A stretch of DNA of 53,889 bases, filler included, from Squatina squatina (GCA_031763465.1; 3 parts of 3 records of this genome joined end to end with filler, not necessarily neighbours in it), one strand, 5' to 3'. Shown: positions 24,342 through 37,468, numbered from the whole stretch's first letter. Numbers and translations: made by a program. Notes: generated by a model not told the origin, from the sequence alone.

Positions 24342-26070
24342 CTAACATATTGAAGAATAGACAAAACAATCAAATTAAGTATATTCATCTCAAACAAGTT
24401 CTTATTTATGTGCAAAGGAATAAATTTATGCTCTGTATATCACCTATCTTTAGAATTCTAAGACATTTAAATAAATACATTCATTCATGCAATTCCTGCT
24501 TCTAATTATGTTCAACTTTGTATCTGGACTGGACGTAGTAGATGAGCTATGATTCATGCTTCTAGTCAAAAGCATTAAACATTATAGTTCTAATATTCCT
24601 CGCCCATTAGCCTGGACACTAGACAGGTAGAGCCTATCTGAGGTGCACTCTGCTTGTTCAGCTGCCTAAATTTGGTGGGCAGGTCATTAGTATGGCTTGT
24701 TGTACCCTTGGCATGGGTCCACACCCTGCTGGGAAACAAGGTGAGAACAGCAGCCAGGAGGTCTCCAGACCTGGAGGACTAATGGCAGAGTGGGAAAAAG
24801 AGGAGCACTTGTCTTCACAGCCTCCCTTGCCTTGCTGCTTGGCTCCATCAGACTCTCTGATCTGAAGGGGCCCCAAATATAAGGCTTACCACTCGCTTCT
24901 TCACATGGTTACCCTGCAATACTAGCAGAGCAATATTAGACCTGTATGTTTGTAAAGGAGATAAATCTTAGATTTAAGTGACAACAGGAAGGGAGTAATT
25001 TTCACTTTGGACCTGGGCAGAAAGCTGGAAATTGCAGATTGGCTACCCATACTACACCCTGGCCAATCTTCTTTGACGTAAATGGAAAGGGAAATTGGGT
25101 GGGCTGTATAACAGGCAACCAATCCACAACCAGCAGATTTCCAACTGTGTCCAAATTGAAAGTTACCCGCAAACAGTCTTTATAACATACATAATTCCAG
25201 CTGGGTTTCAAATATGAAGAAAACCTTAATTCGGTCTTTTCAAGTTTTTGAGATTGCTTTGCATCAATGTTTGCTGTCTGTAATATAACAGGAACATGCT
25301 CATTACTAGCTTTCTTTCATATATGTTATAACAAGTCTTGTGTCCAGTCTGCATCCATTACACACTTTAGTACAGATGTATAACAATCTTTTTAAAGAAA
25401 GAGAAAAAATGCCAGTCATTAACCTACACTCTGACTGGCTGTCACGGTTTGTAAGTCACAACAATTAACCGGATTTGCCTATCGAGAGCAGTGGCCTTCA
25501 AGACTGGTCCGGGTAGCAGTTAAACGTAATAGTGATGTTCTGGAGCCAAGACTACTTGTGAGTAATTACACAGGAGATCTGCTAGTTTGAATGAAAGAAC
25601 TGAAGTTAACTTTAAGGTTAGCAGTATTTTGTTCTTCCGACACCCTTTGTCACAATAAATTAGTTTTAACTTCTGCGTGCCTGCGAGGCAGGGCAAGTTA
25701 ATGCATCTATGTTTTCAAAAAATTACTTTTGGTTTATGCATTTAAATCCCAAACACATACAATAGGGGCAATTTTAACACCCTTCCCCAAACCCACCCCC
25801 TCACCAGGACAGGTGTGACTGTGTCTTGGGTTGGAGGGTGGGGGGGTTAAGTTGTTAAAAATGAGAAATGTGACCTTAACCCACCACAAATACGCTGGTT
25901 TAACGGCAACGGATTTGGGGTTGGTCGACTACCCACTCTGGAGAGGTGGGTCGGTAATTAAAATATTTAANNNNNNNNNNNNNNNNNNNNNNNNNNNNNN
26001 NNNNNNNNNNNNNNNNNNNNNNNNNNNNNNNNNNNNNNNNNNNNNNNNNNNNNNNNNNNNNNNNNNNNNN

Positions 26071-26230
26071 TTTCTAATCAGTAAGGGAATCAAGGGTTAT
26101 GGGGAGAAGGCGGGGAGGTGGAATTAAGAAATGTCGGATCAGCCAAGATCCAATTGAATGGCGGGGTGGGCTCAATGGGCCGAATGGCCTACTCCTGCTC
26201 CTATTTTTTATGGTCTTATGGTCTTATGGT
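26071..26230 (+). mobile_element. CR1-group LINE 3' UTR (related copies at 27175-27335 and 49508-49645)
   Basis: GGGCCGAATGGCCTACTCCTGCTCCTA followed by (TTATGGTC)n microsatellite tail. Confidence 0.85.
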
Positions 26231-26898
26231 CTCACTAGAATCTTGGAGAGATTTGGAAATAGGCAGGACAAGTTGCTGTTTTGTATATTGACAGTATACC
26301 AGTTTGGAACTAAAGAATAGATCGTCAATATTGAAAGTGCTCATTAGTATTTTGAGCAGTGCTTGAAATGTTGTCATAACTGAATTCTGATGAACTAAGA
26401 ACTAAAGATGTATTTTTTTCACCAATATTTTAAAAATCGCTTGAATTTTTGAGCTTTTTTTGCAGATTTTCCAGCCCTCATCTTCATTTACATATTGCGA
26501 ACCTCTTTGAATAAGTTTTATTTTGAGGCTATTTTCATTTGGCCAATATGTCTATCATTTTACAGACCTCAATAGGATGTGTGTTCATATTCCTAATGCA
26601 CCATCTGTCTAATATAAATTAAATTGAAATGTGCCAAGTTGACTCACATGGTTGTGTTGTGAGAGCTGCCTCAATTGTATATTATATGCATTACTGAGCA
26701 GATTACTGTGCACAACAGATGCAGAAATGATCCGATTATGCCCTTACATCTATTTCTAAAACTAAGCCAATAAAAGCTAATAATTTTTTATTGTGATGTT
26801 AATTTTCAAATGATTAGTATCGCAAGGGATTGAGTGATGAATGACAGGTTACTAACATACAAGTCATTAGAGAGCAAAAGTACTCTGANNNNNNNNNN

Positions 26899-27051
26899 CT
26901 GTAAGAATTTCAGTCTGTCTAAGAAGTCATGCATGTAGGTGCCAAGTGGCTTGAGACTAGGATATGATTTATTCATCCACATTCCTGGAATCTTTCCTGT
27001 CAGTATACTCTGCACCACTTCTTCCAGTTCAGCAGACATCACCACCAGTCC
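26899..27051 (-). CDS. DNAH7: DNAH7 exon, dynein C-terminal domain
   Basis: ttttttAG acceptor, 153 nt: [51 protein letters not shown]; donor falls in the 10-N gap. Confidence 0.94.
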
Positions 27052-28007
27052 CTAAAAAAAAATGCAGAATATAAAATGTCAAATTAATGAAATTTTGCAT
27101 CAACATCTAACACAAGTGTCAACAGCATTTTTTAGATAGACATTTATAGATTCAGTTCATTGTAAATTGTAAAGTAGGAACATAAGAACAGGGGTAGGCC
27201 ATTCAACCCCTCAAGCCTGTTCCACCATTCAATTAGATCAAGGCTGATCTGTATCTTATCTCCATCTACCTTTGGTTCCATAACCCTTGGTACTCTTACC
27301 CAACAAAAATCTATCAATTTCAGATTTGATAGATTCCAGACACCACCAAATGAAGAAAGGTAACATCCAAAGGTATATTGCATTAGTATCAAATAACTGA
27401 AATCATTGCACTTGAGTAATCTGTGGCCAATGGTTTCATGGTTAGGGCAAAGAAATAAGATTCAATTACCACTTGCTGTGGTAAGCAGTAAGACCATATT
27501 TAANNNNNNNNNNNNNNNNNNNNNNNNNNNNNNNNNNNNNNNNNNNNNNNNNNNNNNNNNNNNNNNNNNNNNNNNNNNNNNNNNNNNNNNNNNNNNNNNN
27601 NNNCCCTCTGAACGTGGCAGGTGACTGACCATTGATGTCAATGGGACAGCAAGTCTGAGAACCCCAGTTTGAGAACATTGCCACCCCATTAACGCCTATT
27701 TAGACAAGTTAAAATCACCTCTGTTTTTCTGAAAATCCAAATACTGTATTATCATTTGCCTCTTGATATGACTTCACACTAATGTGGCACAAAACTATTT
27801 TTTACATTATATAATAGCTATGGCTTAAAATGATAATTAGCTCTTATATATTTAATTTACAGATGTCTAAAATCATTTTTTATACATACTGGACTTCATC
27901 TAGATAGTGATTTACAAGACTGATAAAAAAATATTCCAATTGGCATCCTCTGCTCAGCCAAAAACTGTGCCCCATTTTATTCAAACTGTAGCAAGCATTT
28001 GATGTAC

Positions 28008-28145
28008 CTGAGTAAGTAGGATGCTGTTAAACAGGTTCTGGGTCTCTGACTGATCCTTTGTGATATCTGCATTTGCGTGCATCCCAAAGATTTCCGGAGT
28101 CGGGTTCAAAGGAAGGCTCTTAGTATAGTTAATGTAGCTGATGTA
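28008..28145 (-). CDS. DNAH7: DNAH7 exon, AAA6 lid region
   Basis: AG/GT bounded, 138 nt: [46 protein letters not shown]. Confidence 0.95.
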
Positions 28146-28370
28146 CTGTAAGGAGATGAACAGGTTTATCAGATAATTACATGGTACTTGCATTTTAGTG
28201 CAACTTATGTTGTTTCTACTGTCCGTGATCTTGGAAACTAATTATTCAAAAAATCATTCTTCTAAAAGCTGTCTAAGGAAAGTAGGCAGCAGATGTAAAT
28301 TTTTTGTGTAATCTGTTTTTGAATCAATATTTCAGCACATTATAGCCATCAAGAATAAGATTTTTCTTAC

Positions 28371-28556
28371 ATCTCCTTCTGGTGGTGCATAATAGATACC
28401 ACTCGAGTCAAATGTGTAGTCTGGATTTGATGTAATTACTTTGTTGTAGAATTTATTAAGAATTGAGCGGAGTGTGCGCCGGTCCCAGTCATCCGTCACT
28501 CTCCCGCCATAGTTGCATTCACCGGTCATGTATCGTATGGCATCAAGGGGCAGCCC
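28371..28556 (-). CDS. DNAH7: DNAH7 exon, AAA6 lid region
   Basis: AG/GT bounded, 186 nt: [37 protein letters not shown]...APPEGD; [12 protein letters not shown] is a dynein heavy chain hallmark. Confidence 0.96.
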
Positions 28557-29744
28557 CTGAATAAATGGACATATGTAGTTGAGGTCAATTGAAAGAAAAC
28601 TGATTATGATGAGCCACTATTAGATCGTTTTTAATGTCCTTCCTTTTCAATCACAGTTTTTCCTTTCATTCCTGAGCTAATACCAGTCGGTGTGGATAAC
28701 CTGACAGATTGAGGGATTACGTACCACGGTAGCCCATGAAAATCAATAATATAGCTAGACTACACATTTTGTATCACTGCCAAGTGGGTTGTACAATGTA
28801 AAGATGCAAGGTGAGCGGTTCAACTGCAGCCAAACTGGTGTCAGCTTGGCATTTTGGATAGGTTTTAAAACACCTGGAAAAGATATTCTCACAAAAATTC
28901 CACTTTGTACCAGTTGCTTTTTAACAAAAGGAAAAATAAGGTAAAATAAAGTGTATGCTCTCAATGGAGGGTAACTAGATTTGAACATAACAAAAATTGT
29001 GAATCATTGTTTGTTTTCATTTTTTTCCATTGAAATCACATTTAAAAACTTTTAATTAAACTGGTACTTGTACTTATTTCACATAAATTATGTAACAAAA
29101 TACCAATAATAACTTGGCATCTGTTTTCCACCTGAAGGTTAAAAAACTTGAGGTCAATGAAAAGATTTTCGTCCTTTGACCGTTTACTAAAATGAAATAA
29201 AACATTTGGCTGTTCAACCTTCTATTGAGGGTAAAACAGCTTCTATCACTTGGGAAGTGTATCAAATGTTACATTAGTTATATTTCATACCAAGAAAATT
29301 GTTCCTTTTCTTATCTGCACTAAGGAGCACTGTAAAGTGTTGTATAGTGTTTTGCTAGCCCAAAGAATTACCTCTGCTGTACTTCAAACATCCCAGCTTT
29401 TTAAATTCAGGATGTGTTCGGATTTTATGTAAATCAGGTAAGTTTTTTTATTCTTTTAAGGCTAGCATTTAATATCCTGTCAAAGGTCCATTATGACGGG
29501 TTGTGATTCAACAGCAATGAAAGGCTTTGGCAATGATCCTTTTGACTTACTATACACCGTGCATGTAGCACACCAGCTGTGAGGCAGCTTTACATGTATT
29601 ATATAAAATACTTAAATAGCAAAATGGTTTTATTTCATACATTAGGAGGAAGTATAAATGATTTGTGCTGAATACTCAGTTCTGGATCATACAATTGGAG
29701 TGCAGAAAACCTTAATAAATTTAAATATTAATTGTTCTGTTTTA

Positions 29745-30400
29745 TATTTTTTTTGTGGGGGGGGTAGCCGGACGGGAGCCGGCATTTTTCGCACAGTTTC
29801 ACATCCCGCCCCGCCCACATCAAAATTTGCCGATCCGGGGCCAGAGTGAGGTGCAGCGATGCCGGCCTCACTCCCAGGCAGAACTGGGGCGGCTGGCCGG
29901 GGACATCGCTGGCGTGGCCTCAGTGCCACGCTAGAGACGTCAGCTGCGCCGCGTTAGCGTTGCTGCATGCTGACGTCAGCAGTGCGGCCAGGCTTCCCTT
30001 AAAGGGGTGGGCTGTCGGCCATAATGGCAGCGCCCTGGGGCTCGCCACTGGGCCACCAGGGACGGTGGTGATCAGCGACATGAGAATCGGCCGATAAATA
30101 AAGATGGCGGCCATAGGTGCCCAGGCCCTCCCCTTTAAGGGAGCTGTTGCAGCGACAGGCAACCGCCCAACGCAAACGGAGCACAAAAGGGGGTCGTGGC
30201 TGCGCAGTGCAGGTAGGCGTGCATCTTTGATGTCATCGCCGACCCACCGTGGAAGTCGCCAGGCCAGGCGTAAAGGTCTTTGTGCCCCAGGTAAAATCCT
30301 CAGAAGGTGAGATGGCTCCCGGCGCCATTTTGTTCAGTTTCACCCCGTTAGCGCCCCTTGGAGGCACTAACGGGACGAAACAGGAGATGAATTTCTCACC
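29745..30400. mobile_element. GC/CpG-rich non-autonomous DNA-transposon-like repeat in a DNAH7 intron
   Basis: Abrupt GC rise; CCCTTAAAGGG/CCCTTTAAGGG and TGACGTCA motifs; terminus GAATTTCTCACCC resembles the other GGG..AAATT ends. Left boundary approximate. Confidence 0.5.
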
Positions 30401-30659
30401 CGTGTGACCTCCATCATCAAGTACTTTGCCAACATTCATCGCCTAGGCTTTTCTCTAAAGAATGGGCAGATTTCCAGAGAGAGACACCATCACCCAGTGA
30501 AGGGCAAAGCTCACCAGCTGCCACAGTGAAAACCCATTCTGGGGGCAGCATAGCTGCAGATCTTCAGTTACTTGCTCATTGGCAAATTTGATCTTATTTT
30601 TAAATTTCTTCTTTGGAAAATCCTGGGCTTTTCATTCAGGTAACTCCAAAAAAAAATTG

Positions 30660-30819
30660 CTTTTGTCCAGCGTCTTTCATGACCACCGGACATCCCAGAG
30701 CGCTTTACAGCCAATGAAGTACTTTTGACGTGCAGTCCTTCTCATCCCAGGGATCAATCTAGTGAACATTATCACATTGCTGGTTGTGGAAGCTTGCTGT
30801 GCGCAAATTGGCTGCTGCG
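30660..30819 (-). mobile_element. Rearranged SINE 3' fragments
   Basis: Reverse-oriented tail (CATGACCACCGGACATCCCAGAGCGCTTTACAGCCAATGAAGTACT) joined to a forward core (GCTTGCTGTGCGCAAATTGGCTGC). Confidence 0.65.
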
Positions 30820-31797
30820 NNNNNNNNNNNNNNNNNNNNNNNNNNNNNNNNNNNNNNNNNNNNNNNNNNNNNNNNNNNNNNNNNNNNNNNNNNNNNNNNN
30901 NNNNNNNNNNNNNNNNNNNNNNNNNNNNNNNNNNNNNNNNNNNNNNNNNNNNNNNNNNNNNNNNNNNNNNNNNNNNNNNNNNNNNNNNNNNNNNNNNNNN
31001 NNNNNNNNNNNNNNNNNNNNNNNNNNNNNNNNNNNNNNNNNNNNNNNNNNNNNNNNNNNNNNNNNNNNNNNNNNNNNNNNNNNNNNNNNNNNNNNNNNNN
31101 NNNNNNNNNNNNNNNNNNNNNNNNNNNNNNNNNNNNNNNNNNNNNNNNNNNNNNNNNNNNNNNNNNNNNNNNNNNNNNNNNNNNNNNNNNNNNNNNNNNN
31201 NNNNNNNNNNNNNNNNNNNNNNNNNNNNNNNNNNNNNNNNNNNNNNNNNNNNNNNNNNNNNNNNNNNNNNNNNNNNNNNNNNNNNNNNNNNNNNNNNNNN
31301 NNNNNNNNNNNNNNNNNNNNNNNNNNNNNNNNNNNNNNNNNNNNNNNNNNNNNNNNNNNNNNNNNNNNNNNNNNNNNNNNNNNNNNNNNNNNNNNNNNNN
31401 NNNNNNNNNNNNNNNNNNNNNNNNNNNNNNNNNNNNNNNNNNNNNNNNNNNNNNNNNNNNNNTATATAAATAGTAGTGAGACGGAGGTGAGATTTTACAA
31501 TACACCGTACAAAAAAATTGCTTTCGCCTTCTATGTTTAAATTTATTTTCAAATATTTTTCATACTTTCAGGTATTTCTTATGAGAATATTGCTGTCATG
31601 TTGCGTGAAAGTAAGTAATATAGGAAGAAACAGAATTGCAAATGCACAAATTGTTCTCGCATATCTGCTTTTCTTAATATTAATTTATGATTTCTAAATT
31701 AAGGTCATAGAGAGTGTACTGTCCCTGTCTATCTTTGTATTAAGTCCTCAAAACAATTTGTTAATCCTAAATGATTTTCAATTAAACTGATACTAAC

Positions 31798-31988
31798 AGG
31801 CTTCTTGCAGCTACCGAAGAACTCTGGATCAGAAATAGGATCCATGAGGTAGGATCGGATAATATTAGGTCGAAGGCCCTTTGGTGCTTCATTTGTCATT
31901 TTCACACCATTCTGTAGGACAGATACTGGGAAATTTGGGGAAGGATAGCTTGTAAGCCATAGTCTGAAGTCAGGATGTGTAGTCTCTG
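31798..31988 (-). CDS. DNAH7: DNAH7 exon, AAA6 (5' end lost in gap)
   Basis: [63 protein letters not shown], followed by a GTTAGT donor. Confidence 0.95.
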
Positions 31989-32088
31989 NNNNNNNNNNNN
32001 NNNNNNNNNNNNNNNNNNNNNNNNNNNNNNNNNNNNNNNNNNNNNNNNNNNNNNNNNNNNNNNNNNNNNNNNNNNNNNNNNNNNNNNN

Positions 32089-32350
32089 ATACTGGTACAT
32101 AGGCTCTATATTGCCAAGATCAGCACTTGAGAAAAATAGGAGGGAAGAGTGTATTGCAATAGGTCGGGAGCCCATTCGAGTACTATCAATCTTCCTTTCT
32201 GTCTCCTCAGCTACTGCTTGCTTCCGAGATATTTCATTAGCAAGGACCTTTGACGAAGATAAAACCTTTATGGCAGTCTCATCTTCTAAGATATTTCCTT
32301 CCGAGGATGAGAGAATTTCCAGAATCTTATCTTCAATTTCTTTCAGCAGC
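32089..32350 (-). CDS. DNAH7: DNAH7 exon, strut/buttress and AAA5 extension (3' end lost in gap)
   Basis: ttcttcAG acceptor; LLKEIEDKILEILSSSEGNILEDETAIKVLSSSKVLANEISRKQAVAEETERKIDSTRMG...NIEPMYQY. Confidence 0.95.
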
Positions 32351-33136
32351 CTGAAGAATAAAATAGCTTCAAATTAATATAGGTGTATTTATTACACAAT
32401 CATTTACTTAATTCAAATTATCAAGAAAGTGGCTGCAAACAATATTTAGCAATCTGGAAGGCTAAATTTTATCATAGTGAATTCAACCTCCTTTTATCAC
32501 TGAATAGTACAATCTTGTAACTCATCATAAATGAATGTTCTTTCATTACCTGTATTTGACAGGCTTTATAAGTCACCTGTATTGAATTTTTTAGATCTTC
32601 ATCTTATAGCTTTTGTCACAAAGGATCATCTAGTCGGAGCGAATAAGAAAATTCAGGCAGGGAGTATCACATGCCCTTAATGNNNNNNNNNNNNNNNNNN
32701 NNNNNNNNNNNNNNNNNNNNNNNNNNNNNNNNNNNNNNNNNNNNNNNNNNNNNNNNNNNNNNNNNNNNNNNNNNNNNNNNNNATGTGCCCATCTTTCCCG
32801 CAACTCCACGCTTGAACCCCTCCAAATAGGTTTCCGCCCCGCCACAGCACTGAAACAGTCCTTATCACATTTACAAATGATATCCTATGTGAATGTGCCC
32901 ATAGTAAATTATCCCTCTGTGATTACTGGGGTATCTGGGGAGGAAACACCAGGCCAATTTGTTTAAAGCAGATCACACTTCTGCAAAAATAAACTGCAAT
33001 CCCGATACTGCTTGAGCTTGTTTGGGCAACTGCTATTACTAAATTCTAGAAGCAACCTTCAAGCAGATATGATTAGCCATAGATTTCATTTGTGCCACTG
33101 CTTATATTGGTCATGAATGACCTGTTTGCTACTTAC

Positions 33137-33300
33137 GATATGATGATACCATTGTCAATGGAGAAACTGTCAGAAGGTAATCCCGCAATATTCCAAGCTC
33201 GAATTTTTACAGGATCCCCCAAAGTAGTTGTCAGAGAGAAATCATCGGAACATGGGATGCGCATTGCCTTGCACTGTTCCACCCATTTTTCTGCTTGGCG
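33137..33300 (-). CDS. DNAH7: DNAH7 exon, stalk end/start of AAA5
   Basis: tgtAG acceptor, GTAAGT donor, 164 nt: RQAEKWVEQCKAMRIPCSDDFSLTTTLGDPVKIRAWNIAGLPSDSFSIDNGIII(S). Not in the ORF track on this strand. Confidence 0.94.
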
Positions 33301-33689
33301 CTACAATATACCAGAAGTCATGATTAAGATGAGTACCTGAAGACTATGTACAGGAAAGTAGGAAGGATGAAGCATGTTGTGTGTGCAACAAATAAAGGTA
33401 AATATGGGTGGAAAAAAATGGTTGCTTTGCTTCAAGGAAATCTACCATATTTAAACTGTCAGATTTCATAAATATTTATTTTAAGATTAAGAAGATTGAA
33501 ACAAAGATTCTATTGTAACACAAGTTCATGATTAATAGTAATGGGGGACACAGTTCCATCTCCTCACTTCCATCTTCCTGATCCCAGGCACCCTGCTGTG
33601 ATGTGGCACTAAGTGGAGGCCGGAGGACTAAAGGCTTTAGGGGGTGAAATTCCCTCAAGCCTCTGGGGAGGGCTGGCGCTCAAAGATTT

Positions 33690-33789
33690 NNNNNNNNNNN
33701 NNNNNNNNNNNNNNNNNNNNNNNNNNNNNNNNNTTAATTAATTAANNNNNNNNNNNNNNNNNNNNNNNNNNNNNNNNNNNNNNNNNNNN
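33690..33789. other. Artificial scaffold linker N44-TTAATTAATTAA-N44
   Basis: Identical construction (12-mer at 33734-33745); separates truncated DNAH7 from truncated DSTYK. Confidence 0.96.
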
Positions 33790-35872
33790 TTTTTCACTGA
33801 AGTTCACATACTGATTATACTAGTGAATTCTGTATACAACTCTTTCTTGTTCATTGATGCACATCAACAGTGGAAAGTGAATAGAACTTTGGTAAATAAG
33901 CTAAATAGAGCAGTGCTTAGCCCAGAGAAGTGTCACATTGGGTGAATGCAATTGCTCAAATCCCCTTTTATTATAATTGAACTCCCTTCTCCGCTATCAT
34001 CATAAATAGACAGTGATATCGATCAGGATTAGCCATCTAAAGATTCAAAGCTAAAACTGAAGAACAACAATTCAACAAAGCAGCCAAGTAGCTAAAGGGT
34101 TGGATATTTGTTTCCCATAAAGAATGTGGCAGCTAGGTCCTAGGGCTAACTGGCACTCAGATTTGATTTACTTGAGAAGGTTTTTCCAGTTTCCTCCAGC
34201 CAATATAAGCCGAAGCAAGTGCTTCATCTGGGTAGGGTAGAGTGAACTGGTATTGTTTGATTCACTTCTTCACAAGCTCCTATCGCTGTATTCCGAATGG
34301 GAAATGTTGTGAATACAGTAGTCAGGTGCTCAGGTGCAAATAGTGTTTATGGAGTTATCTTAAATGTAATGATAGATTACTTTGCACATAGGGTTGTTGT
34401 GGAAATGCACAAATGATCCGGTTACTGATGGTGAATTTGACTGCTTTTAAATGCTACCCTCCCCAAAATATATGACCGGTATTTTTTCAAATTGTTGTAC
34501 CTAAGAATAAGAATTAACGCGCCCCCCCCCACCCCCCACCCCCCGTCCCCTAATAATGTTGTGGGTATTAATGAATGACTGAGACATGATGTAAATTTAG
34601 AAGTATTTCGGTGTTACTGTCTTACTACAAGTACTTTGTACAGCTAATGGATCACCTGTGCTGTTGCTTGCAGTCATAGCATATGCCATTTATAGGGTGC
34701 TTTATTCCATGTAACCCACAGCATATAATTCTTTTCCTGTGGATCTGTGAGCAGCCTTTTGTGACCCTTTTACAGAATCATAGAATTTTTTAGCGAAGAA
34801 ACAGGCCATTTGGCCACAGGGTCCAATGGTCATGCCTTTCTGAGGTCAGTTAGAGAAAAATTGCCCTTAAATAAATCCTTGTGCCAGTTAGGGATCAGAA
34901 GAAATGAGCAGGAGATTCCTGGCTTTTTTTTAAATAATAAAACAGTGTGGCCCATAAATTTGCAAGTGTGCACCTGAAGTATGATGGCCACATCTCAAAA
35001 CTACACCTAGAAACGAGTGTATAGGTATAATATTACAATACAGTGTGTTTTTATACCTTGTCAGGAGTAATTTGGAAGTGTCGGCAGTCTGCACCTTTAA
35101 CATGTCCAACGTGGAGGACGTTTTCTCTAAAGGAAAATACATGCAAAGTGCTACCTTTGATCAGTCCCATGTAAAATGGGTCAGATATAGTGGACAAGTT
35201 CCAACACCTCGCCCTGGCTCAGTGAGTATTTATAACTGTCCCGCTCTAGTCTTTTGATTATGTTAAATGAAGTACAGGGTCTGCCACCTTTTATATGACA
35301 GCTGTATAGTGTCACTGCTGCTACTCGAGCAATGGTGAAACAAAATAATGTGACAAAGCCGTGTAATTACGAATTTGCAACTTGCCAGTTTAAATGTTTC
35401 TCAATGCATTTTAACAGTGATTTGTATGACACCGTTTGTGTAGATGTGGAACTTTAAAAAGCTCCCAGGTTGTCCACTCGTGTTTACTGTTGGCAAAGGG
35501 CTCACTAAAAGGCATGTGTGTTTGTGGAGCTCCATTATCCCTGTGCTGAGCGAGTCAGCAGTGTAAATAATTCAGGACGATGTGCAGATAATTTATTGGG
35601 TACTTGATATCATTCAGTCACTGATACAGGTGTATTTAAAATGTACGCTCTACCAAAAAATCTAGAATAAAATAATCAGGAGGTAAAATGTTCCAATTTT
35701 AAAACAAATAATTTTTTTGAAAAATATTTTATACCTATCTGGCCCCGAGAGTCCATTGCATGCAACCATGAACCCACCAAGGCAAAAAGGTTCAAACATG
35801 ACCGCTGTACAAGTGCCGAGAACTCTCTCTTTGCCATCAGATCTTCTGATCTTTAACCCACTTTTGACGCAC

Positions 35873-36111
35873 CTGTTTCAGGTGATTGCTGGTGACATTG
35901 TTCATGGCAGAATCCTGGTTGGATTTCTCCAGGCTCTTGAGGCAGCGTTCAAGAGTCCCGACAAAACTCTCGCGAAGGTAGTCAACGGAGCTGATCAGTT
36001 TATTGGCGACTGCCTGATTTAACCGAGAAATAATCAACTCTTGAATCTGTTTGATGCAGCACTTAATGTCCTTATTGCCAACAGTCTCACCATTCTCGGA
36101 GATGATTATGT
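35873..36111 (-). CDS. DSTYK: Dual serine/threonine and tyrosine protein kinase, exon 4 equivalent
   Basis: cccAG acceptor, CAG|GTGCG donor, 239 nt: (D)[62 protein letters not shown]...SNHLKQ. Confidence 0.95.
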
Positions 36112-36329
36112 CTGGGGTGGGGGTGGGGGGTTGGTAAGGAGGAGGACACAATAGAAGAGGCACAATAAATAAGATGATTGGCATTAGGCTAGTTCTGGAA
36201 TACAAATTACAAAAATATGGAAAACAAAGATTTCATTTCATTTTAATGATGTTATTACCTTCAAAGTGCATCCATAACAGAACAAAAGATTAGAAAAGTC
36301 TCACCGAATCAATGCAAGCTTGTTATATT

Positions 36330-36746
36330 ATTCAGGACAAAGCAGCCCGCTTGATCGGCACCCCATCCACTACCTGAAACATTCAGTCCCTCCACCACGA
36401 GTGCACCGTGGCTGCAGTGTGTACCATCTCGAAGATGGACTGCAACAACTCACCAAGGCTTCTTCGATAGTATCTCCCAAACCCGCGACCTCAACCATCT
36501 AGAAGGACAAGGGCAGCAGGCACATGGGAACACCACCATCTGCGAGTTCCCCTCCAAATCACACACATCGTGACTTGGAAATATATTGCCGTTTCTCTAT
36601 TGTCACTGGGTCAAAATCCTGGAACTCCCTCCCTAATCGCACTGTGGGAGCAACTTCACCACACGGACTGCCGCAGTTCAATGCGGCCGCTCACCACCAC
36701 CTTCTCAAGGGCAATTAGAGATGGGCCATAAATGCTGGCCTTTTGC
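36330..36746 (+). mobile_element. Second non-LTR LINE family, 3' end of ORF2
   Basis: IQDKAARLIG..SLHH....AAVCTI and SKSWNSLP remnants, a CR1/L2-group C-terminus distinct from the main family. Confidence 0.7.
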
Positions 36747-36846
36747 NNNNNNNNNNNNNNNNNNNNNNNNNNNNNNNNNNNNNNNNNNNNNNNNNNNNNN
36801 NNNNNNNNNNNNNNNNNNNNNNNNNNNNNNNNNNNNNNNNNNNNNN

Positions 36847-37468
36847 CTCTCATTTCCTCCTGTTTCCTATTGGCGATGTTCATCAGCGACTGAAACAGCT
36901 CATTCTCCTTGTCCCTGGTGTACTCCAGCCTCTTGGGAGTGATCTGTAAGTCCCTCTGCATGTCGAAGGCCTGGTTGATGAAGATGTCCAAGCAGCGGCA
37001 GTGAACGCCATTCAGCACGGTGGCTGCGTCCACCAGGTGCATCTGCACCACCTGCTTCGCGAAGAGGCCGAGCTGCCGGAGCTTCTCAAAGTGCTCTACC
37101 AACGTGCTCTGGGCTTTGCTGGTGCTGCACAGCCCGCCCCCTGTGGAACTCAGGTACTCCAGTTTGGTGAGCTGACGGTAAAGGCAGCTCTTTTCCTTTT
37201 CAGACTTGGAGCTTTTCATCTGGGGCTCCTTGTCTGGTCCGGAGTGTGACTCTGGGCGGTGACTGCTCAGGTGTTTTGGCACCTTGATGAAGAAAACAGG
37301 AAGGGTGTACTTCCTCTTCATCTCCTGCATCTCGCTTTCTTCATTGTCTGCCAAACGGTCCTCACTGATGGCATAGACTATAACCGGCAGGGAATGTCTG
37401 AAACAGTCGTCAAGCACGCCCCCTTCTGCCCGGGTTTCGTGGCATGGAAGAATGAGAATATCCATTTC
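36847..37468 (-). CDS. DSTYK: DSTYK exon 3 equivalent (3' end lost in gap)
   Basis: tctctttccAG acceptor; EMDILILPC...LPVFFIKVP...HLVDAATVLNGVHCRCLDIFINQAFDMQRDLQITPKRLEYTRDKENELFQSLMNIANRKQEEMR. Confidence 0.96.

Noticed and set aside
29745-30400. CpG island or promoter with overlapping ORFs
   Set aside because: Lies in a 3' DNAH7 intron, has a transposon-like terminus, and its ORFs are GC-driven with no recognisable protein.
30677-31552. Long ORFs of 230-290 aa (also 44326-45191 and 45970-46584)
   Set aside because: Made almost entirely of N-derived X residues.
31729-32175. 148-aa dynein ORF spanning a gap
   Set aside because: Two different DNAH7 exons, several hundred residues apart in the protein, bridged by a nominal 100-N gap.
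23742-33300. Apparently miniaturised or exon-deleted DNAH7, and the missing SLC39A10 exon
   Set aside because: Every missing exon coincides with an N gap, and the visible exons have open frames and canonical splice sites where visible; no evidence of real loss or pseudogenisation.
33337-33365. Second hammerhead (CTGAAGA...GAAA)
   Set aside because: Stem II has only 2 bp and I could not form stems I and III.
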